Of a stretch of 64,000 nt of DNA, positions 17,680 to 26,475 are shown piece by piece. The translations under genes were made by a program, and so were the position numbers. The notes under the pieces are model-generated. The model saw only the letters and a program-made list of their open reading frames with translations. It searched no databases and was not told the origin of the DNA. The stretch covers positions 1 to 64,000 of IMG/VR virus record IMGVR_UViG_3300009285_002354, one strand, 5' to 3'. Within the stretch, counting starts at the first letter, position 1, and each line of letters begins with the position of its first letter. This DNA comes from a virus (Duplodnaviria; Heunggongvirae; Uroviricota; Caudoviricetes).

Positions 17680-18216
17680 ATGAACCTTACGCTCAAGCTC
17701 AAGTTGCTGCCGTCGGATGCCCAGAAGCAGATGCTTCGTGACACCATGAAGGCATTCAACGAAGCTTGTAACTACGTCTCGGACGTAGCCCACAAGATCA
17801 AGACGGCCTCGCAGGTGCGTCTGCATCACGAGTGCTACTACCGGGTGCGAGAGCAATTTGGCTTGTCTGCCCAGATGGCGGTTCGCGCCATCGGCAAGGT
17901 CGTTGAGGCTCTCCGCCGAGACAGGAAGAAGCATCACCGATTCAATCGCTACGGGGCCATCGTCCTGGACAATCGGCTTCTCACCTACAAGGCGATGGAT
18001 AGGGTTTCCATCCTCACCTTGCAAGGCCGGCAAATCATGCCGTTCGTCTGCGGTCAGTATGGGCAACAGAGGCTCATGCGTGTGCGCGGACAAGCTGACC
18101 TGAGTTATCAGGATGGGAAGTTCTACTTGCTCCAGAACTGTGTTCTGCCCGACCCCGACACCATAGACACGACCGGGTTCCTGGGGATGGACTTGGGTAT
18201 CGTGAACGGAGACTAA
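17680..18216 (+). pseudogene. tnpB: TnpB (IS200/IS605 OrfB) N-terminal fragment truncated just after the RuvC-I motif
   Basis: MNLTLKLKLLPSDAQKQMLRDTMKAFNEACNYV is a TnpB N-terminal signature. It ends ...GFLGMDLGIVNGD*, where GMDLGI is RuvC-I. RuvC-II/III and the zinc finger are absent downstream. Confidence 0.7.
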
Positions 18217-18222
18217 GTAACT

Positions 18223-18918
18223 ATGTCCAATCATTTCACCTGTAGAGTTCTTGATGAACAGGAAATTATTGCGGCCTATAGAACTGGAGAATCCACAACT
18301 TCCATCGCTCATCGCTTGAAAATAAACACGCGCCGGCTGCGTAGAATTTTCAGAAAGGAAGGCGTTGTCACAAGGACTCCATCGAAACAGCTTCTTGGCA
18401 ACCAACACCATCGTAAATACCATCTCGACCACGATGAGCTTGTGCGCCTTTATGTGCAGGAAGAGAAAAGCATACGTGCTATCACTCAAATTACAGGCTG
18501 CAAAAACGTCCGATACCATCTCATTCTTCATGGCATCCCTCGTCGCAGTTTTATGACCGCCCGAACAGGCAAAGGGGACAATATACCGGCAGAGTCGCGT
18601 GCCAGGCTTGGTGAAGCGTGCCGTGGCGAAAGACATCCTTTCTGGAAAGGTGGACTCACACCAGTTGAAAAGCTGTTTTATCAGAGAGCGCCGTGGAGAA
18701 AGATCTCTATGGCAGCTAAGCAGCGTGACGGCCTTACCTGCCGCCGATGCGGCAAGCAGTTCCCTATCCGGAAACTGCGCGCTCACCATATACTTGCGCG
18801 CACGCAAGGTGGCGCAGATAATCTTGATAACCTGATTACCTATTGCAATCCTTGCCATCGTCGTGTCCATTTTGCGTCTACTATCGCCTGTCAAACGGCC
18901 GTACGCGGAGCGGCTTAA
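18223..18918 (+). CDS. HNH endonuclease with an N-terminal HTH domain (homing-endonuclease-like)
   Basis: C-terminal CRRCGKQF...LRAHHI...GGADNLDNLITYCNPCHRRVH, plus GERHPFWKGG. N-terminal HTH TGESTTSIAHRLKINTRRLRRI. Starts 6 nt after the stop of the TnpB fragment. Confidence 0.8.
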   Translation: MSNHFTCRVLDEQEIIAAYRTGESTTSIAHRLKINTRRLRRIFRKEGVVTRTPSKQLLGNQHHRKYHLDHDELVRLYVQEEKSIRAITQITGCKNVRYHLILHGIPRRSFMTARTGKGDNIPAESRARLGEACRGERHPFWKGGLTPVEKLFYQRAPWRKISMAAKQRDGLTCRRCGKQFPIRKLRAHHILARTQGGADNLDNLITYCNPCHRRVHFASTIACQTAVRGAA

Positions 18919-18942
18919 AGCCGCATCTGCAAACCGCCTGCT

Positions 18943-19140
18943 TCAGCGGGCGGTAGTTGATCTCTTCCTATAACAGGCACAGCACACACCATCGCTCTCG
19001 CGCATGTAGCTCTGACTGTAGTGAATAGCATCGGGCGTCTTGTTGTGAAAGATCCACACGCACTCGACTTTGCCGGCACTGTCTTCGCGGTGCTCACCCC
19101 AAAAGCAAGTGCCGCAGGATTTCTGGTCAGACTCAGACAT
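18943..19140 (-). CDS. small zinc-ribbon-like protein (65 aa)
   Basis: MSESDQKSCGTCFWGEHRED...ECVWIF...CCACYRK with a gaaggtg RBS. Confidence 0.4.
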   Translation of the reverse strand: MSESDQKSCGTCFWGEHREDSAGKVECVWIFHNKTPDAIHYSQSYMRESDGVCCACYRKRSTTAR

Positions 19141-19888
19141 GAGGTTGCACCTTCTGCTCGGCGTTCTCGACGCACAATCGTCGCAGTTGTCGCCATGCGT
19201 CGAGGGCATGGCTTACCTTATGCCACAACTGGTCGCCTGGCTCGTCAGAGTGCTCCCCTAGTTGCAGTTGGCACCGCGTCAATTCCCGCTCGTTCAGGAA
19301 CAAGTGAATGATCCCCTCTTCAAGCCACTCCTTGAGATTGCCGAGATAGAAACCTTCGATCGTCGTGCGCCAGTCCGGGTCGCACGTACCTGTGCCCATA
19401 ATGGAATGCCAATCGCCTTCATCGAAGATGAAAGAGCGGTTGCTCCCCGCAGATAGAACGATATCCCAATTGCGCCACGTCCTCGACTCCGGCTGCTCGG
19501 CGGGAACCTTCTCCAGGACGAAATAGGGAAGGTATCTCTTGTTCAAGTTCTCATGGGACCGGACCATTCGGAATCCACAGGCGCCCTCATCGGTCAAAAC
19601 ACGGCACTCAAGGCCAACCCATTCATCCATATCGTACGCCCACAGATTATTCCATCCGTTCTCGTGGCTGGTCGCCGTTCGGAAGACCTTGACAATATCG
19701 CCCGTATGGATCCCGCAGGCTTTGTGCCCGGCAAGGTAATTCTCGGCGGCTGTGATCCGCTCCGCTTCCCGCTTGATATTCGCACAGCGAGTAGCGATGG
19801 TATTGGCTTCTGATACCGTGATGCACGCAACTGTATGACCCGGCAAGCACCCGTCAGGCATTCTGAGATCGTATCGTTTGTCGGTCAT
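19133..19888 (-). CDS. hypothetical protein (252 aa)
   Basis: ORF with the internal ATG start MTDKRYDLRMPDG. Confidence 0.5.
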   Translation of the reverse strand: MTDKRYDLRMPDGCLPGHTVACITVSEANTIATRCANIKREAERITAAENYLAGHKACGIHTGDIVKVFRTATSHENGWNNLWAYDMDEWVGLECRVLTDEGACGFRMVRSHENLNKRYLPYFVLEKVPAEQPESRTWRNWDIVLSAGSNRSFIFDEGDWHSIMGTGTCDPDWRTTIEGFYLGNLKEWLEEGIIHLFLNERELTRCQLQLGEHSDEPGDQLWHKVSHALDAWRQLRRLCVENAEQKVQPHV

Positions 19889-21227
19889 TGAAGGTCTCCT
19901 CAACACATCCACAGCAGGTAGATCGCTATGGACCAGATGATAGTTGTTTTAGTCATATCTCAAATCGCTCCATAGTATCGTAGAGTCTTGACGACGAACC
20001 ATGCGATGAATCCGAGCACAGCTATGCCCGCCAGCGCATTGAGGACGAACGCCAGCGTACCGAGTATGAATACAATGCTCGTTCTCATGGTTCACCTGCC
20101 CCAGTTCTTCTGTGACATCAGGTCTTTGCACTCTTCCAACAACTTCATCGCACGGGGAATACGACCCGCTGTCGGCGTGTAGGCGCATCCAAGGCGCAAC
20201 GCATCCAGGGATTCGATCGCCCGGCGCAAGTCATGCCGCTTGAGGACTCGCCATTGGTGCATCGTCATGCGAAAGTGCGCTGGTAACTTCGCTCGTTTTT
20301 GGTTCATAGGTTCACTCGACCCTTTGTGCCCTACATCCGGTCGGCTGGCCCGTCCGTGGGCCGTCTGCATCCTTGCTCAAGCCGACCGCAACTATACCCG
20401 CGCCCACACAGGCGCGGTTCTGATCATCAAAGATTGCCGGTTTACTCTGAACTCCGGCAAAGTCACGCCGTTTCCCGATGGGAACGCGAGTTGGCCTTCC
20501 CCGCTTCTTACCATCGAGCTACCACTCATTTTGGCAAGCAAGGCGTTCGCTTGGAGCCTCGTAAGCGGCATTCCGCCGCATGATTCCCGCCCGCGACCTA
20601 ATCGCCCTTGAATCAGGGTTTCGGTCGCGGGTATTCACAGTTTCTACAACAGATTTGTGTGCGGCCTGCCTGCGTTCAATCGGCCATTGGTGGATGATGC
20701 CGAAAGATTCACGCCCGCGCCGATACCACCATAGCTCACACGGGTACGTATCAGGCCCAGACCCAACTCGGTCAGGAATCGTATCTTGGCCGCACACGAA
20801 TTGCTGGTTGGGACTGGCGGGTCGGACATTTGTTTCAGGTCCAACGGACGGGCCGTCCTCATCTCAAGACCGGTCTTTGCACCTTGCCCAAGCATGCGCA
20901 CGGTCTATTTTCGATGTGCCGCAGATTTCGCTGCGGCTTCGCCAGCCCCAGGGATGTATAGCTGGCGAGGCCGGGATTTCCTACCCAGCCATTGATTCTG
21001 CATCAGGGGTGGGCCAGACCATTAGTCGCCCGTTCGCATTCTCGCCAGCCTTTTCAATCTCAAGCCCGGCCCCTCTTGGCTAGTGTGGAGGGAGTTCAGG
21101 AGCCGGGATAGGTGCTTTCAGTATTTGAATGTCAAAGATCGTGCTACTTCATCGCTCCGCAGCCGAGTCGAACGGCCCTGGCATGTTGGCCTGGATTAGT
21201 CATGCCATGATCCCCCGGAGCGCAAAA

Positions 21228-21398
21228 TCAGCTTGATTTCCTGTACCCATGGGGTCCTGCCGGACCCAAGGCCCTCTTGAGCCTTTCGTTCTCGCACTTG
21301 AGTAGCGCATAGTCTGCCTTCAAGCGCCGAATCTCCTTCTCAAGCTCGGCAATCTCTTTTTCCAGTTCGCTCTCGGTCTTGTAGGTATCACAACGCAT
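21228..21398 (-). CDS. small coiled-coil (leucine-zipper-like) protein (56 aa, not in the ORF track)
   Basis: MRCDTYKTESELEKEIAELEKEIRRLKADYALLKCENERLKRAL with an aggag RBS. Confidence 0.35.
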   Translation of the reverse strand: MRCDTYKTESELEKEIAELEKEIRRLKADYALLKCENERLKRALGPAGPHGYRKSS

Positions 21399-21627
21399 CT
21401 TTTTCTACTCCTGATTTCCTTTCCAGCCAACGATCCCAGCCAACGGCTTTCGACGCCGCCACGTGGTCTGTGCCCTGGCGGCGCAGCTCCTGCATACGTT
21501 TACGCCAGTACAAGCCGCTCGGACCCTGGAATCGGGGATCGCCGATAGCGGCGAACCGCCACTCGCGGAGCAAATCTACGTAACTCATTTCGTCGATCTC
21601 GGCTTTCATTGCCGGTGTCAAGTCCAT
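21388..21627 (-). CDS. hypothetical protein (79 aa)
   Basis: ggaggag RBS and an ATG start. Confidence 0.5.
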   Translation of the reverse strand: MDLTPAMKAEIDEMSYVDLLREWRFAAIGDPRFQGPSGLYWRKRMQELRRQGTDHVAASKAVGWDRWLERKSGVEKDAL

Positions 21628-21675
21628 CTACACTCCTCCGCGCAACTGCCGCCGGAGTTCGTCTCGATATCATCA

Positions 21676-21918
21676 TTAAGGAAATCGGAATAGTTCCAAT
21701 CCGCGATTTCCGAAGATGGCAACGGCGCACCCAGTTTCTGCGCTACCTGTGTCATCGCCGGTTGCCTTGCAAACGGGTCCAATTCGGCCGTAGGAAGCCA
21801 CTCCATACGCACCGTCAGGCATGAACCAGATGACGATTGCCGCCACCGCCTTTTGCTGGACAGCTACGTGCTTTGCGAGTTGAATGTCCGGATCGCTGCG
21901 CCAGTTTTTCTTTGCCAT
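21676..21918 (-). CDS. hypothetical protein (80 aa)
   Basis: ggaggagaa RBS and an ATG start. Confidence 0.5.
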   Translation of the reverse strand: MAKKNWRSDPDIQLAKHVAVQQKAVAAIVIWFMPDGAYGVASYGRIGPVCKATGDDTGSAETGCAVAIFGNRGLELFRFP

Positions 21919-21920
21919 TC

Positions 21921-22184
21921 CTATTCTCCTTCCACTTCATCTTCCAGGTACAACCAGGGAACTATCTCACTCTCTTTGAGTACGCATCTGCAATCGGGAT
22001 CACCCGCCTGATAACTCGCGGCGATGGCTATTATTGCTGAACGCAGGTCGTCAACTGCGGACCGAATCTCGCAACGGTCCACGGCAATCCGGCCTTTGAC
22101 ATCGGTATGATACTTGAGGGTCCGCACAAGATCACCATAGGCGGCAAGAGCCTGGCGGCGCACATTGTTGAAATCAATGTTCAT
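21921..22184 (-). CDS. small conserved protein, paralog of 7987..8235
   Basis: MNIDFNNVRRQALAAYGDLVRTL...VDDLRSAII, with an acidic C-terminus. Confidence 0.55.
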   Translation of the reverse strand: MNIDFNNVRRQALAAYGDLVRTLKYHTDVKGRIAVDRCEIRSAVDDLRSAIIAIAASYQAGDPDCRCVLKESEIVPWLYLEDEVEGE

Positions 22185-22881
22185 CGCGTTTCCCCTTCAC
22201 TTCCACCGCCTCTTTGACGGCGAGCCAAATGACGTGCAGAGACTGGCGAAAACGATCATTCGAATCGACCTCGTCACAAAAAAGTCCGTCTAAGTGCTTG
22301 AATCGCTCGTACACGGCTCTGATCGGATCGGATTCCTTCTGTTTTTCCTGCGGTGCGGAGTCCACGAGAACGCCTTGCTTCTGTTTGTCAAGCCCACCAT
22401 CTTCCTGCGGTACGATGCCTACATGGTCCATCATTTCTCTCAGCGAACAATGCGGATTGCAAGTGAGCCAATTGCCGCAGTCGCCGCCCTCTTCGTTGTC
22501 GCTATGCCAGCAAGAATCGTATTCTCGCCGTTCCATGATGTCATAGGTCCACCGTTTCAAGCTGGCATTCGGCTCCTCTTCCTTCTTTTCCTCGGCGGGA
22601 TACTCGCGGTCGAAGTCGAGAGCGATCTGAACCGCCTTTATTCCGCCGCCGATGGCATCCTTATCGATCTGGTCAAGGCCCCATTCGTCAATGGCGTCCA
22701 AGACATACTTGCACGCCGTCCGGTACTTGGCCAGCTTGGCCTCCAACTTCTCAAACGCACCGTCCCGCTGGAGACTTTCCACCATAGTTCTCTCCATTTT
22801 ATCACGTCGCTCCGTAGCTATTCTTGGTAGTTCCGTATCATCACTCGAATTGATGCAACCTGAGTCTAATGGTAAGTTCAT
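22174..22881 (-). CDS. hypothetical protein (235 aa)
   Basis: Long ORF in operon with neighbouring genes. Confidence 0.5.
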   Translation of the reverse strand: MNLPLDSGCINSSDDTELPRIATERRDKMERTMVESLQRDGAFEKLEAKLAKYRTACKYVLDAIDEWGLDQIDKDAIGGGIKAVQIALDFDREYPAEEKKEEEPNASLKRWTYDIMERREYDSCWHSDNEEGGDCGNWLTCNPHCSLREMMDHVGIVPQEDGGLDKQKQGVLVDSAPQEKQKESDPIRAVYERFKHLDGLFCDEVDSNDRFRQSLHVIWLAVKEAVEVKGKRDEH

Positions 22882-23384
22882 GGCGTCTCCTTCAGCTTGG
22901 CCTCGACGATGGCCAGGACCATATCAACATCGCGCCGTTCTGTTGCCAAGTCATCAGGTCTTGCGTTTGGAATCAATAGACTTCGAGCTGATCGCAGTTC
23001 ATTCATCAGCGGTTTGACCATTTCCCGTATCACGCGGGCACGCTCGGCGGCCAGGGCCTGCTCGTGGTCGGCAAATTTCACCCATTTGCCATGCTCTTGG
23101 CTTGGCTCCATCTCGGAACTAGCGTCGAAGTGATCTACGAGGTCATATCTCTGAATCTGAATCACGCTCGGTTGTTCCCTGCTGCCCTTGCCGATGTGGA
23201 AATGCTTTCGGCCCTTTGCTTCACAATCTTCGCCGGGACATTGGGTATAGTGTCCCATCACGCAGTTTCCATCCACGCAACCGCAGGGCCACAAGTCGCC
23301 GATCTCGCAGGCGCAGTCCTGACTGTACAGTCCATCAAAACCCTGCGCCCGCAATGCGGATTCAACCAGTTCTCTCAGCGTCAT
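22878..23384 (-). CDS. hypothetical Cys-rich protein (168 aa)
   Basis: CACEIGDLWPCGCVDGNCVMGHYTQCPGEDC cluster. Confidence 0.5.
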   Translation of the reverse strand: MTLRELVESALRAQGFDGLYSQDCACEIGDLWPCGCVDGNCVMGHYTQCPGEDCEAKGRKHFHIGKGSREQPSVIQIQRYDLVDHFDASSEMEPSQEHGKWVKFADHEQALAAERARVIREMVKPLMNELRSARSLLIPNARPDDLATERRDVDMVLAIVEAKLKETP

Positions 23385-23387
23385 ATC

Positions 23388-23669
23388 TCACTCCCGATCG
23401 CAGTTGTCACAATAATTCAGATCATCGTCACCCACGTATCCGCAGCAGTCGCTATCATAAAGCTCTCCGCACTCGTCACACATTTCGTAGTTATCAGGCA
23501 GGATGCGCAGGACCTCCTGTAAGTACCATATCACCCTATTCGCATTTTTCTGCGTCAGTTTCGGCTGCCCACTGGGGCGGAGTTGCAACCCCAAGCGCTT
23601 TCCCATCAGGAATTCCTGGAATTCCACGACTTGTTCCAACTCGATCTTGATCTCGGTATTGTCAGGCAT
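23388..23669 (-). CDS. hypothetical Cys-rich (zinc-binding) protein (93 aa)
   Basis: CDECGELYDSDCCGYVGDDDLNYCDNCD. Confidence 0.45.
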   Translation of the reverse strand: MPDNTEIKIELEQVVEFQEFLMGKRLGLQLRPSGQPKLTQKNANRVIWYLQEVLRILPDNYEMCDECGELYDSDCCGYVGDDDLNYCDNCDRE

Positions 23670-23994
23670 GGGGCGCCTCGTCCACGATCAGGTCACTGAT
23701 TGTGCCACAGTAGGTCCAGGACCGAATCTCAATAGGCCACGCCAAATCCGTTACCCAGTAATCCACCTTCTTGGCAAGATTGCCGGGCTGAATTGGGCCA
23801 GACCATGACCACCGCCCATCGTGCCATCGATCTCCGATGATTCGCAAGTGACCGCTCTGTGTCCGGTACACTTGGCAGGTCTCTATCTTCTCCGGCATCG
23901 ACTTCGGTCCCAATATCGCGTTGATGCCCATTGCACCTGCCACGGATGGAAGTGCGGCAAGATGACAGAATTCGCGTCGGCTGATCGTGCTCAT
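23662..23994 (-). CDS. putative exported protein (Tat/Sec-like signal)
   Basis: N-terminus MSTISRREFCHLAALPSVAGAMG. Confidence 0.45.
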   Translation of the reverse strand: MSTISRREFCHLAALPSVAGAMGINAILGPKSMPEKIETCQVYRTQSGHLRIIGDRWHDGRWSWSGPIQPGNLAKKVDYWVTDLAWPIEIRSWTYCGTISDLIVDEAPHA

Positions 23995-24248
23995 GGTCTG
24001 ATCTCCTCATTGATGATCTGCTCGGCATGCTTCAACGCCGAGATAGCGGAATCGCCTCGGAAAAGAGGAGCACATGCCCGGATGATCTCCAACGCCATTG
24101 GAAACGCCTCTCGCACTACATGTTCGGTCCATTGCCGATCATACGGATCATACCGATGACAGCACGTGTCGGCATACTGGTCTATCCATTCGTTCAGGGT
24201 CGGCATTCCGGCACGCTCTCTTTCGTCTTGGCGGGGACTGGAGGACAC
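23991..24248 (-). CDS. hypothetical protein (85 aa)
   Basis: ORF in operonic position. Confidence 0.4.
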   Translation of the reverse strand: MSSSPRQDERERAGMPTLNEWIDQYADTCCHRYDPYDRQWTEHVVREAFPMALEIIRACAPLFRGDSAISALKHAEQIINEEIRP

Positions 24249-24775
24249 AACTCCGATACCTCACAGGTATGGGCATCCACGCCATCCCAGAGCATCGCCC
24301 AGCCATTCTCGATGTGCAATACCGTGAATGTGCCGCCGTTGCCTTCGAAGGGAACGATCCAATCGGCGGGCTTGGCGACCTCCGGCTTCCACTTTGCGGC
24401 GGCCGGCACAGGGAGAGGCGCCCATTCCTTCACGAATTCCTCTCTCTTCCAGATGTGCCGGTCTTGGAAGGAGTCGCGGTGCTCTATGCCCACGTACTCG
24501 TCATCGCTCAATAACACGGTCACGAGCCACTTCGGATCCGCAGCCCGATAGTATTGCCTTCCGACCCAGATCGAGTTCATGTTCAAGGTGCACTCCGACA
24601 GGGCATTTCTTGGGAAATAATCGTACCCAGCGATGCGACAAATGGCCAATGCCCTTGTCCTGTCCGGCCACACATGAACGACGCGCCACGGATTCGCCGC
24701 CTTTCGCGTACTGCACTCGAACTCCATGCCTATCTCGAATTCCACAATCTCCGGTGCATTCGAGAATCCGCTCAT
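24194..24775 (-). CDS. hypothetical protein (193 aa)
   Basis: Long ORF. Confidence 0.45.
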   Translation of the reverse strand: MSGFSNAPEIVEFEIGMEFECSTRKAANPWRVVHVWPDRTRALAICRIAGYDYFPRNALSECTLNMNSIWVGRQYYRAADPKWLVTVLLSDDEYVGIEHRDSFQDRHIWKREEFVKEWAPLPVPAAAKWKPEVAKPADWIVPFEGNGGTFTVLHIENGWAMLWDGVDAHTCEVSELCPPVPAKTKESVPECRP

Positions 24776-24776
24776 G

Positions 24777-25028
24777 TCAGGTCTCCTTTCGTGCCAAGAT
24801 TTCCAAAAGCTCGGCCAGAGCGTCTCTTACATGGCGCAGGTAGGCGATGTCGTCTTTGTCGCAGCAACTCGAAATCCACAGACCTGACTCATTCACCGAC
24901 GATCCATGACGGAACATGCGCAAGTCCACCAGTACGCCATTGACCAGCGTTGCCTGGAACAGACCCATGCCCTCATAGTCCCACGTATAGATCGTGGTGT
25001 GCGATTCGGTCGTTTTCACGTTCATCAT
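24777..25028 (-). CDS. hypothetical protein (83 aa)
   Basis: ORF. Confidence 0.4.
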   Translation of the reverse strand: MMNVKTTESHTTIYTWDYEGMGLFQATLVNGVLVDLRMFRHGSSVNESGLWISSCCDKDDIAYLRHVRDALAELLEILARKET

Positions 25029-25459
25029 TAGCCCTGATCACAGCAGTAGGCGTCCGCCCACGATCTCTGGAGATTCGCAACTCTTCGTCTGAGATAGTCC
25101 CGCATGAATTCAAACGATACATGCGGGCACCTGAGCCGGTCGTGCTTCTCGATGTAGATTCTCAGTGTTCGGGCTTTGGCCGGCCGCACCAGTTTGAGCC
25201 TCTGCAGGATGCGTCCTACGAATTCGTCCGCACTCGTATGCGCGAGCCCATGACAAATCGTGCAGAGCCAGAGGCCCCAGCCGGGCTCATACTTCCACCG
25301 GATCCCAGGCTCTTGCGCCCGAGCGATAACATGATGGGCCTGGACACCGAATCTTCCGCAGCCCATCTCGCAGGGTGCCACCATGCTTGCGGCGTTCACG
25401 TAGAGAGAGACTGCTTTGCGGTAGAGACCTTCGAGTTGTTGGATCTGCCACTTCTGCAT
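25028..25459 (-). CDS. HNH-nuclease-motif protein
   Basis: CEMGCGRFGVQAHHVIARAQ...LWLCTICHGLAH (C..C...HH...N...C..CH...H). Confidence 0.5.
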   Translation of the reverse strand: MQKWQIQQLEGLYRKAVSLYVNAASMVAPCEMGCGRFGVQAHHVIARAQEPGIRWKYEPGWGLWLCTICHGLAHTSADEFVGRILQRLKLVRPAKARTLRIYIEKHDRLRCPHVSFEFMRDYLRRRVANLQRSWADAYCCDQG

Positions 25460-26475
25460 CAGGCGACACCCTTGAGAAATTCATCGGTGCTCGCACCAAT
25501 CCGTGTGATCGACTTTCGCCACGTCACATACGGAGTGGGGGGCTTCGCGGGATGTGTGCCCTCGGACTTCTTCCACTGAATGATGTGTTCACCGACCAGC
25601 ATGTCCTGGCCCTGACAGAGCTTTAGAATCTGATCGCGCCGCTGCTCCAGTCCGCCGATCTCCACAGCCGCCTCATGCACTTCATCGAGCCGCAGCAGGA
25701 TTTCCCCCAGTTCATCATTGTCGATGACGCGGAGGTTGCCTCCTGTGGCACAAGACGGGCAGCAGTAAGACCGATAGTTGCACCGATTACACTCCTCGGG
25801 GTTGTTGATCTGCTCTGGCAGCGTTTTGGCCGCCACATGCACATTCACAGCGTCCGCCTTCTGCAGAAGAGACTCCGCGTACCCGTAGTCCATCGGGATC
25901 GGGAGCATCTTCACGTCAAAGAGGTTCGTTTTGTTGACCATGAGAAGCCAGCCAATCTCGAAATTGGACGCCAACTCGTAGATCATCACCTGGGCGGGGT
26001 AGCGTCTCATGTACCACTTGTTATCGAGGTCTTCCGGTTCATTCACAGTTCGATAGGTGTTCGGATCGCAGGTCTTCACGTCTACGGGGCCTACGAACTT
26101 GGGCCGGTCGTCGTCGGGGAATACCTTCAAGAAGACATCCGGCGCACAACCGATCTGATGATCGGACAGGAGCTTGTCATTCAACGGCGCCGCGTGCGCC
26201 GCGAATTCCCATGGAGGATCAGCCTCTTCCCCGATCTTGTTCAGGGAATTGATGATAACCCGCTCGAGCTTGCGCCCCGTCTCGAAGATTCCCTCCAGAT
26301 AGGGACCTGGTTTTTCCTGCTGCTGCCAACAAGTACGGTGATAAACAAGACGTCTCAGGCACGGGTCCGCCAAATCGGATGCCCAATTCGTCCGATGGGG
26401 TAGCACCCGCGCCTTTCGGCGCAGGTACTTCTCGATATCGCCCAGGATATTTGGAGTGACCAGTCGTTCGGTCAT
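25459..26475 (-). CDS. Cas4/RecB-like PD-(D/E)XK exonuclease with an Fe-S Cys cluster
   Basis: N-terminal Cys (DPCLRRLVY) plus a C-terminal CNRCNYRSYCCPSC cluster. Sits next to the SSAP-like gene. Confidence 0.65.
   Translation of the reverse strand: MTERLVTPNILGDIEKYLRRKARVLPHRTNWASDLADPCLRRLVYHRTCWQQQEKPGPYLEGIFETGRKLERVIINSLNKIGEEADPPWEFAAHAAPLNDKLLSDHQIGCAPDVFLKVFPDDDRPKFVGPVDVKTCDPNTYRTVNEPEDLDNKWYMRRYPAQVMIYELASNFEIGWLLMVNKTNLFDVKMLPIPMDYGYAESLLQKADAVNVHVAAKTLPEQINNPEECNRCNYRSYCCPSCATGGNLRVIDNDELGEILLRLDEVHEAAVEIGGLEQRRDQILKLCQGQDMLVGEHIIQWKKSEGTHPAKPPTPYVTWRKSITRIGASTDEFLKGVA

Noticed and set aside
20300-21230. tRNA, tmRNA or RNase P gene in the ORF-poor region, or a tRNA 3' end in the attP-like region
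   Set aside because: No GGTTCGANTCC-type T-arm, D-arm or acceptor pairing could be assembled by eye. This needs tRNAscan or Infernal to be sure.
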